Source: an uncultured Muribaculaceae bacterium (lineage in GTDB: Bacteria; Bacillota_I; Bacilli_A; RF39; UBA660). From it: a DNA stretch of 25,120 bases. The translations under genes and the position numbers were made by a program. The DNA lies in assembly GCA_964600095.1 (NCBI GenBank), contig CAZRIC010000002.1, forward strand, positions 1 to 25,120, written 5' to 3'. Shown here one piece after another: positions 6,289-13,200 of this stretch (the stretch's first letter is position 1; each line of letters begins with the position of its first letter). The notes beneath the pieces were generated by a model that did not search any database, was not told where the DNA came from, and saw only the letters and a program-made list of their open reading frames with translations.

Positions 6289-9105
6289 ATGAATGATTTT
6301 GAAAAAGCGAAAGAGTGTCTATCAATTATTTTAGAAAAAGGCGATTTATACGATACGATTGCTGTAAGAGAAAATGTAAAAGCACTAAAACATAGTTTTG
6401 TTAGAACACATGCTTTTCTTTTTTCTCGTATTTTATATGCTGGAATTAGAGTTATTGAAAAAGTAAAGTCTTATTTTTCTCCTGTTGAAGAGGTAAGAAA
6501 AGCACAAAATAAATTAAGAGAAATTATTGGTGCTCCTGTAGACTTTATTAGAACAAAACATCAGTTTGATTTATATACGGACTTTAATATCATTGGTGAA
6601 GAAAAGGCATCAGTAAATCAAAGATGGGAACAAACTAAAAATCCAACCTTATCTATTTTTTATGAAAATAGTAATGGTAAAGCGATAGAGTATGTAGACC
6701 ATTTAAAAAAGATTCTAACTTTTTGTGAGTTGCATTCTTTAGATGAAATTATGCTTAGAGAAAATGATCTTTTAAATTCTTTTCCCGATTTAAATTTAGA
6801 AAATTATACTCATACCACTATAAAGCAAGTATTAGATTGTGAATCTTTACAGCTACCTGATAGTAAAAATAGAAAAGAAGATAAGGGGATTTATCATTTT
6901 AATGCTCTTTATAACTCGTATATTTTAATATTAAATAGACAAGAACTTAGAATTTTAATTAATCAATTGGAAGTTATAAAGATAAATAAAAAAATGGTTT
7001 CTAATTTAGGAGATAGTATTGAGGACATTCCAGTAAGGAGGGCTATTTCAAGTTTTTTATTAAGGGGCGATTTAGAAAAATTAAAGGCTATTGTTAATAG
7101 CCGTTTGACATTAATTTTGAATAGTGATAGTACTTATAAAGACCGAATACATGGTAAAGTATTCCGAAGCGTAGTAATTAAAGAGGATTATGTTAAGGTT
7201 GTATCTATGAATCAAAAAGGGGAGATGATTAACAATACTGTAACAACTCTATATGATTATTTAGAAGTATTAGATTATAAAGTGCTTTTAAAGCAACTTC
7301 AAATGAAAGATGATAATCATGAAATTTTAGCATTATCAGCTCTACATTTATATTTATGTCAAAAAATGAAAGTAAAATTAGATTCTGATAAGAATTATGT
7401 TAGTTTTTATGATTATATTTATCATTCTTTTTTACTTAAGAAAAGTGGTAAAGTCAAAAAAATTCCTGGTTTATATACAATGAGTGAAAAAAGAGGCAAA
7501 AACTTTATACATGCTTTCTCAAGTGTTATTCTTTCCTTTTTATTGGTAGCGGTTTGTATCATTACGGGTTTGTCGTTTGATTTTATTCAACAAGTAGCTT
7601 TTCAAAAAGAAGATAGTGATATTTTAAATAATATTGCGGAAACTATTTTTATTCCTTATGTAAGATCATATGAATTTGAAAAAAATTTAGTAGGAAGTGT
7701 ATTAACATTTGCGGATAAAGTAAAAGTGGACTTTTCAAATCTATTTTCAGCATTTACAGGTGATGTAGATAGGGGAAACCTTGGAAGTAATCAAGTAATG
7801 GCAACTGTAAATAATCTTACGGGAGAAAAATTGCCTAGTTATTATGCAACAGGATATGCTACTGATGCTAATTATTATAGTGGACAAATGGTTTATTCTA
7901 TAGAGCAAGCTATGATTACAATAGATGATTTTGAAAATGTTAGAAGTGAATTTGAAGTTATTGTAGATATTCCAAAAACGGGATTATATGAGTGGATAAA
8001 AGAGGATAAAGTAAGCTTCCCAAAATCTTTTTATCCACTTGATAAAGGACCAATTCTTGTAGATTATGTTTTAACACAAATTTATATTTATGATGCTACT
8101 GGTGAATATAAAAGACTTTCAATAGATATTGATAGATTGGTTGGAGATATTTACTATCTCACAGATTATGAAATTAGTGCTTTAAATGATATGATTCAAC
8201 CTAAAATGGTTTATGTATATGGAATTGGAAGAGGTGTTAATTCTTTTCTTGAAGATATTGAAAAAAAGAATAGTTATTTAGAATCTGATTCACAAATTAT
8301 TAAAGATGCAATTACTAAAGGATTGCAATTAAGAGAAAATGCTAGTGATGAAGAAATTTACCAAGCAATTTCTCATAAGAAATATTCAGAAACACCGATT
8401 AAAGATTCTGGATTATCTTGGTTTATAAAAGGATATGATGAGGTAAAGTACTTTGAAAAGATTGCTTCTATGGATTCTATAGTTTGTAATTTAGCAGCAA
8501 CCTTAGTAGCTGGAACAGATGAAGAATTAGTTTATACAGTAGGTTATTTAAATTATGATGATCAATATATTATGGCTGATGAGGCTCATGCTTGGGTAAT
8601 GCATCCTGATGGAACTCTTATAGATTGTACTCCTGCAAGTAGTGAAGAAAAAGAAGAAGATAAAGTCTTTTCAAAAGTTCTCCAATGGGGATTAGAAAAT
8701 AAAATACCACTTTATTTATTAATGGCCTATTTGGTACATTATATGAATAAAAAGATAGGAAAAAAAGTAAGAGTTTATTTTAAAGTAAGAAAAGTATCTA
8801 AACAATTGCAAAGACCAGAAATGGAAGAATCTTATATAAAGTTAAAGGATACTTTATATGGAGGTTTAAATGTTTCTATTAATCGTACTCCAATTCAATT
8901 AGCAGAAACGATAGAAAGGGAATTTGGGGGATTTACTATTTCAGAATTAAGAGAAATTAGAAGTCAGCTTTTACAAAGTATAGAAAATCAAAACGGAGAA
9001 TTAACCCCTTCTTTAGATTTATTAAAAAATGCCCAATTTCTAAAAACACATTCTTATAAAATAAAAAGAATGTTAAAAAAGAATATGACAAAAAAGCAAA
9101 AATAA
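6289..9105 (+). CDS. Large membrane protein with a transglutaminase-like (Cys-His-Asp) domain
   Basis: 938 aa with two hydrophobic segments (SVILSFLLVAVCIITGL; IPLYLLMAYLVHY followed by a basic stretch). Between them lie C733 (IVCNLAA), H767 (AHAWV) and D779 (IDCTP), spaced like TGc/TgpA motifs. Confidence 0.7.
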   Translation: MNDFEKAKECLSIILEKGDLYDTIAVRENVKALKHSFVRTHAFLFSRILYAGIRVIEKVKSYFSPVEEVRKAQNKLREIIGAPVDFIRTKHQFDLYTDFNIIGEEKASVNQRWEQTKNPTLSIFYENSNGKAIEYVDHLKKILTFCELHSLDEIMLRENDLLNSFPDLNLENYTHTTIKQVLDCESLQLPDSKNRKEDKGIYHFNALYNSYILILNRQELRILINQLEVIKINKKMVSNLGDSIEDIPVRRAISSFLLRGDLEKLKAIVNSRLTLILNSDSTYKDRIHGKVFRSVVIKEDYVKVVSMNQKGEMINNTVTTLYDYLEVLDYKVLLKQLQMKDDNHEILALSALHLYLCQKMKVKLDSDKNYVSFYDYIYHSFLLKKSGKVKKIPGLYTMSEKRGKNFIHAFSSVILSFLLVAVCIITGLSFDFIQQVAFQKEDSDILNNIAETIFIPYVRSYEFEKNLVGSVLTFADKVKVDFSNLFSAFTGDVDRGNLGSNQVMATVNNLTGEKLPSYYATGYATDANYYSGQMVYSIEQAMITIDDFENVRSEFEVIVDIPKTGLYEWIKEDKVSFPKSFYPLDKGPILVDYVLTQIYIYDATGEYKRLSIDIDRLVGDIYYLTDYEISALNDMIQPKMVYVYGIGRGVNSFLEDIEKKNSYLESDSQIIKDAITKGLQLRENASDEEIYQAISHKKYSETPIKDSGLSWFIKGYDEVKYFEKIASMDSIVCNLAATLVAGTDEELVYTVGYLNYDDQYIMADEAHAWVMHPDGTLIDCTPASSEEKEEDKVFSKVLQWGLENKIPLYLLMAYLVHYMNKKIGKKVRVYFKVRKVSKQLQRPEMEESYIKLKDTLYGGLNVSINRTPIQLAETIEREFGGFTISELREIRSQLLQSIENQNGELTPSLDLLKNAQFLKTHSYKIKRMLKKNMTKKQK

Positions 9106-9130
9106 AACTTTAGTTTTTACTAAAGTTTTT
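9104..9130. terminator. Bidirectional terminator between convergent genes
   Basis: AAAACTTTAGT-TTTT-ACTAAAGTTTT, 11-bp stem with A/T-rich ends. Confidence 0.7.
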
Positions 9131-9664
9131 TTATTGAGATTCTACTGACATTTTCTTTACTTTTGACATATTATTTTTGGAATCTATTACTTCTAACGCT
9201 TTATTTAACATTTTCCTGTGATTTTCAAATAAAGCAATATTCTCTAAATCTTCTCTAGGAATCCACCTACAAGAATGCTCTTTTTTCTCGTATTCATCAA
9301 CTTCATGTTGACTTAGTGAATTAAGTTCTACTAGATAAGGATAGTAAAAGGCTTCACGGTTTTGACCTTTATGCTCGACAAAGAACTTAGATACATTAGT
9401 AGCATCCACTTTTGTAATAGCTTTAATATCATAGTATCCAGATTCTTCTATTACTTCTCTTCTAACAGCATCTTCTTTATCTTCACCTTCGTCAATTCCA
9501 CCAGTAATAAGGGAACCATCGTATGCTACTTCATTCCATGATAAAAGTAAATATTGATTTTCAAATTTTACAATGGCAGCAATATTATTTCTTTTTACAA
9601 TTGGATATCCTTCTCTTGGAGCATATTCTCCTTTTTCTTCAAAGTAAAAATCTACATTTTCCAT
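9131..9664 (-). CDS. NUDIX hydrolase
   Basis: Nudix box GGIDEGEDKEDAVRREVIEESG; its SD (AGGAGG) lies in the last codons of the pyk-like gene. Confidence 0.92.
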   Translation of the reverse strand: MENVDFYFEEKGEYAPREGYPIVKRNNIAAIVKFENQYLLLSWNEVAYDGSLITGGIDEGEDKEDAVRREVIEESGYYDIKAITKVDATNVSKFFVEHKGQNREAFYYPYLVELNSLSQHEVDEYEKKEHSCRWIPREDLENIALFENHRKMLNKALEVIDSKNNMSKVKKMSVESQ

Positions 9665-9665
9665 T

Positions 9666-10673
9666 TTAGTTACCTCCTGTTAAAAAATTTTTTTCATATA
9701 TTTTTTCTTTGCAGCTATCTATTTCTAATGTTTTGAAAATAGAATTGGCAGTTTTTAAAATAGATATTGGGTCATCTGCTACAGCCGTTTCTCCACTAAA
9801 CATAATGCTATTTGTTAGTGTAAATGCATAGTATAAATCACTTACTTCTGCTTTTTCTGGAAGTGGATTCTTTTTCATTGAACGTAGAAATCCTGTACCA
9901 ATTGTGAGAGGAATTCCAGCAGAAATTACTTTTCCAGCAATATAATTTTGTAAGCTTGTAATCATATAAACTGGGAAGGCAACTCCTAAATCACCACGTG
10001 CTATCATAATGCCATCACTGAGAGAAATTATTTCATCTAGATGTTCTATTGCTTCTCGCGTTTCTATTTTTGCCATAATTTTAGTATTACAGTTTGGATA
10101 CTGACTTCTTAATTGTTGAACTGCTTTTATATCTTCTTTCGATTTTACGAAAGAACAAGCTACCCAGTCCATATTATTACGAAAAGCTAACTGAAAACTT
10201 TGATAATCTTTTTCTGAAATAAATGGTAACGGTTTTGATAACTTTTCTGAAAATACTCCAGCTCCATTTTTAATTTTTCCATTAGTTAGAGATACTAATA
10301 AAGTTGGATTTTTTGAAATGACTTTAACAATAACTTTCCCATCATCAATCTTTAAAATATCTCCAAATTCTAAAATATCACGATAGGGAACATTTAAAGA
10401 AAAATCTTTTTCTAAAGTAATGGTATCTCCAATACTAATTTGTCTTGGCGTATTTGTGTTAATTCTAATTTCAGTGCCGCAGGTATCAAGCATAGTATAG
10501 ATTTTATGCCCAACAATCTTTTCTGCTCTTTTAATCATTTGTAAAACTTCATTTATATCATAATCAATATGTGACATATTAAAACGGATTGTTCTTAGTC
10601 CTAAATTATAAAGTTCTACAATTTTTTGTGAATTTAAAATACTAGGTCCCATTGTACATATATATTCTGGCAT
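9666..10673 (-). CDS. pyk: Pyruvate kinase-like protein, short form lacking the C-terminal domain
   Basis: ICTMGPS, RFNMSH, IDDG, AKIE, IMIARGDLG, FSGETA; 335 aa, ending just after the barrel. Confidence 0.8.
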   Translation of the reverse strand: MPEYICTMGPSILNSQKIVELYNLGLRTIRFNMSHIDYDINEVLQMIKRAEKIVGHKIYTMLDTCGTEIRINTNTPRQISIGDTITLEKDFSLNVPYRDILEFGDILKIDDGKVIVKVISKNPTLLVSLTNGKIKNGAGVFSEKLSKPLPFISEKDYQSFQLAFRNNMDWVACSFVKSKEDIKAVQQLRSQYPNCNTKIMAKIETREAIEHLDEIISLSDGIMIARGDLGVAFPVYMITSLQNYIAGKVISAGIPLTIGTGFLRSMKKNPLPEKAEVSDLYYAFTLTNSIMFSGETAVADDPISILKTANSIFKTLEIDSCKEKIYEKNFLTGGN

Positions 10674-10712
10674 AATATCCCCCCGACAATGTCTATATTA
10701 TATCATAAAAAC

Positions 10713-10743
10713 AAAAAAAATAAAGTGTTTTTTTTACACTTTA
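10713..10743 (-). terminator. Putative intrinsic terminator upstream of the pyk promoter
   Basis: UAAAGUGU-A7-ACACUUUA followed by U8 on the minus strand. Confidence 0.55.
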
Positions 10744-10769
10744 TAAAAAATACTCTAAAGTACAACCTT

Positions 10770-10949
10770 TTATTGCATTTCAATCCATAATCCTTTTTTA
10801 TTATTCTTTGGAAAATGTCCATTAAAGTTTTTAGAGGGACTTATTTGAAGAATGTTATAACACAAAAATCCTTTCATTAAATTCGTTATTTTTTCAATCA
10901 TACTAGAAACAAAATAATATTGAATAAGTAACTCTCCTTTACAATTCAT
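10770..10949 (-). CDS. Possible 59-aa small ORF (unvalidated)
   Basis: Manual translation MNCKGELLIQYYFVSSMIEK...LWIEMQ*, bracketed by two terminators; no well-spaced SD. Confidence 0.25.
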   Translation of the reverse strand: MNCKGELLIQYYFVSSMIEKITNLMKGFLCYNILQISPSKNFNGHFPKNNKKGLWIEMQ

Positions 10950-10970
10950 TCCCTGTAATTATAAAAAAAT

Positions 10971-11006
10971 AAAACCAGTAAGTCTTTACAGAATACTGGC
11001 TTTTTT
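10971..11006 (-). terminator. cysK terminator
   Basis: GCCAGUA...UACUGGU stem with U-rich tail immediately after the cysK stop. Confidence 0.6.
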
Positions 11007-11007
11007 A

Positions 11008-11967
11008 TTAAATATTTTGAATAGATAAAATTTCAATTTGATTAGATAAAAGAGTAGGATTATTCATTTTTGACTTTGTTAAATCTGTTGTTAAATATTT
11101 TTTGAAATCATCTGCAAATATAGTAACAGCATTATCATTATTATCAGAAGCAATAATAGAAGCTAGTAGATTAGCACCACTAGATATTCCAACTCCTAAA
11201 CCAAATTTTTTGGCTAAAATTCTAGACATATTAATGGCATCCTCATCATTGATAGAAATAATTTTATCAATCGCTTCTCTATTTACAATGGTTGGGATAA
11301 AATCATCTCCAATTCCTTCAATTTTATGGCTTCCAGTAGCAAATTTATTAGATAAAATCGGTAGTTGTGAAGGTTCTAAAGCAATTATTTTAGCATTTTT
11401 ATGAATTTCTTTAATTCTTTTAGATATTCCCATTAAAGTTCCACCTGTACCAATCCCACTGACAACAGTATTAATTTTTGAAACTTGTTTGACAATTTCC
11501 AAACCAGTCGTTTCATAGTGAGATTCTATATTCCTTATATTATCAAATTGATTAGGTCGAAATCCATTAATCTTTTTAGCAAGTATGTCAGCTTGTCTAA
11601 TTGCTTCTAGAAAACCACCTTCTTCTTTAGAAATTAAATGTACAGTGGCACCATATAATTTCATAATTTCTATTCTTTCTTTACTAGCCCAGTCTGGCAT
11701 AAAGATATGTACGGGATGGTTAAAATAGGCTCCTAAGGCAGCAAAAGATATTCCTGTATTACCACTGGTTGCTTCTACTATTGTCATTCCTGGTTTTAAA
11801 GTACCATCTTCATACGATTTTTTAATAATATAATATGCTAATCTATCTTTAATACTTCCTGTATAATTATAATATTCTAATTTAGCATATACATTTACTA
11901 TTTTTTGATTATATTTCGCTATTATTTTTATCATAGGTGTATTTCCTATTAAGTTTTCTATATTCAT
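11008..11967 (-). CDS. cysK: Cysteine synthase family (O-acetylserine sulfhydrylase-like, PLP)
   Basis: IGNTPM, KLEYYNYTGSIKDR (PLP lysine), EATSGNTGI, GIGTGGT, HKIEGIG, GISSGAN. Confidence 0.93.
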   Translation of the reverse strand: MNIENLIGNTPMIKIIAKYNQKIVNVYAKLEYYNYTGSIKDRLAYYIIKKSYEDGTLKPGMTIVEATSGNTGISFAALGAYFNHPVHIFMPDWASKERIEIMKLYGATVHLISKEEGGFLEAIRQADILAKKINGFRPNQFDNIRNIESHYETTGLEIVKQVSKINTVVSGIGTGGTLMGISKRIKEIHKNAKIIALEPSQLPILSNKFATGSHKIEGIGDDFIPTIVNREAIDKIISINDEDAINMSRILAKKFGLGVGISSGANLLASIIASDNNDNAVTIFADDFKKYLTTDLTKSKMNNPTLLSNQIEILSIQNI

Positions 11968-12046
11968 GATTTTCCTTCTTTCTATTATATTTTATATGTA
12001 AAGTAGGAAAACAACATCGTATAGAATTTACTAATTTTTTGAACAT
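11909..12046 (-). CDS. Candidate second uORF (45 aa, Cys-Cys) overlapping the cysK start out of frame
   Basis: AAGGAGG, 7 nt, ATG; MFKKLVNSIRCCFPTLHIKYNRKKENHEYRKLNRKYTYDKNNSEI*; stops 59 nt inside cysK. Confidence 0.45.
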   Translation of the reverse strand: MFKKLVNSIRCCFPTLHIKYNRKKENHEYRKLNRKYTYDKNNSEI

Positions 12047-12096
12047 AAAAAGACCTCCTTAATAATGAATGTATAAACTCACTATTAAGGAAGTCT
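12047..12096 (-). terminator. Attenuator terminator of the cysK leader
   Basis: AGACUUCCUUAAUAGUGA pairs with UCAUUAUUAAGGAGGUCU (18 bp, 2 G-U), 10-nt loop, then UUUU. Confidence 0.85.
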
Positions 12097-12123
12097 ATTA
12101 TCCCAATTTTTATGAGTTTACAC
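12071..12123 (-). promoter_or_regulatory. Antiterminator helix of the cysK leader
   Basis: GUGUAAACUCAU (12123-12112, includes the leader stop codon) pairs over 12 bp with GUGAGUUUAUAC (12082-12071). An inner GGGA/UUCC helix sequesters more of the terminator 5' arm. Confidence 0.75.
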
Positions 12124-12177
12124 GAAAAAAAGAATATAGCAATAACAACAACAATTTGCAAATACTCTTTTTTTCAT
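12118..12177 (-). CDS. Cys-rich leader peptide of cysK (19 aa)
   Basis: AAGGAG SD about 8 nt upstream; MKKRVFANCCCYCYILFFV*; Cys at codons 9, 10, 11 and 13. Confidence 0.85.
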   Translation of the reverse strand: MKKRVFANCCCYCYILFFV

Positions 12178-12211
12178 TGTAATCTCTCCTTTTTTTTTCT
12201 TGCGTGAATAA

Positions 12212-12240
12212 ATTATATCATAGAAAGCTTATTTATGCAA
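12212..12240 (-). promoter_or_regulatory. sigmaA promoter of the leader-cysK transcript
   Basis: TTGCAT (12240-12235), 17 nt, TATAAT (12217-12212), with extended TG. Confidence 0.8.
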
Positions 12241-12247
12241 AGATGCT

Positions 12248-13066
12248 TTATTTCTGTTTGCTTTTTCTTTCTTGATAATGATTATATAAGTTATAGTATT
12301 TATAATGATTTTCAATAGGTTGGAGTTCTTGTGTATCATTTTTTAATTCTTCTTGATAATCCTCTAATAATTCAAGTTCAAATTCAGAAGGAGAACCACT
12401 ATATCTTCTAGAATTTAAGCTTTTCGTAATAGAATAATTTTGAGGATAGAAATTTGTATTTCTTCCAAATTGGTCAAATGTCGATAAATTAACACCCGGA
12501 TCATGGCTATAACCACTTTTAACAGCTTTTGAAATACTATCAAAATATAAATCTATATCACATTCTCTTACTCCATAAAAAATGTCTACCATTTTACCAC
12601 TTACTTCGTCTATCATGGCATTACCTATTAATATAATTCTTTCCCCATTTTTTAATTTAGGATGTCTTCCATCGCCATAACCAAAATATAATTTTTCTGT
12701 TTCTCTTTTATATTCTTCACTAATAGGTAATCGTCCTTTTCTTATAGCATCTAATTTAGGAATAATTACTCTAATGCAAAAGGGTTTAGAATAATCTGGT
12801 AAAGTATAGATGATGGCAGCTTCTGATAATGGTCTTCTATATTCAAGTACCTGTTTTATTCTATCATCTCGTTCTACAAATGACATTTCACCTTTAATAA
12901 CAAATTCACTTTGTGGTAGTTCTGTCCATCGTCGAATATATTTTCCATTTTTTACTCTTTCTTTTATTTTAGCAGGAATATAGGACGTAGAGTGATGAAA
13001 ATAGGTAAAATCATATGGAATAATAATCGAATCCATTTTTCTTAAAATTTCTATTTTTTCTTGCAT
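12248..13066 (-). CDS. Hypothetical protein
   Basis: 272-aa ORF with AGGTG SD and an upstream extended -10; no family recognised. Confidence 0.75.
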   Translation of the reverse strand: MQEKIEILRKMDSIIIPYDFTYFHHSTSYIPAKIKERVKNGKYIRRWTELPQSEFVIKGEMSFVERDDRIKQVLEYRRPLSEAAIIYTLPDYSKPFCIRVIIPKLDAIRKGRLPISEEYKRETEKLYFGYGDGRHPKLKNGERIILIGNAMIDEVSGKMVDIFYGVRECDIDLYFDSISKAVKSGYSHDPGVNLSTFDQFGRNTNFYPQNYSITKSLNSRRYSGSPSEFELELLEDYQEELKNDTQELQPIENHYKYYNLYNHYQERKSKQK

Positions 13067-13200
13067 TTTATCACCTAATTATATTATATCATTTTATAAT
13101 TAGATAATAAATAGAGGAAACTAATGTTATTTTTTTCATTTAATTAATTTGTGTTTAAATTTTATTTAATTTATGATAATATAAAATAAGGAGTGATAAT

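Noticed and set aside
9554-9736. 60-aa plus-strand ORF
   Set aside because: Antisense to the NUDIX/pyk junction.
11102-11404. 100-aa plus-strand ORF
   Set aside because: Antisense shadow of cysK.
11968-12240. T-box or S-box control of cysK
   Set aside because: No T-box antiterminator bulge (UGGNACC) or SAM-I core is visible; the leader is explained by peptide attenuation.
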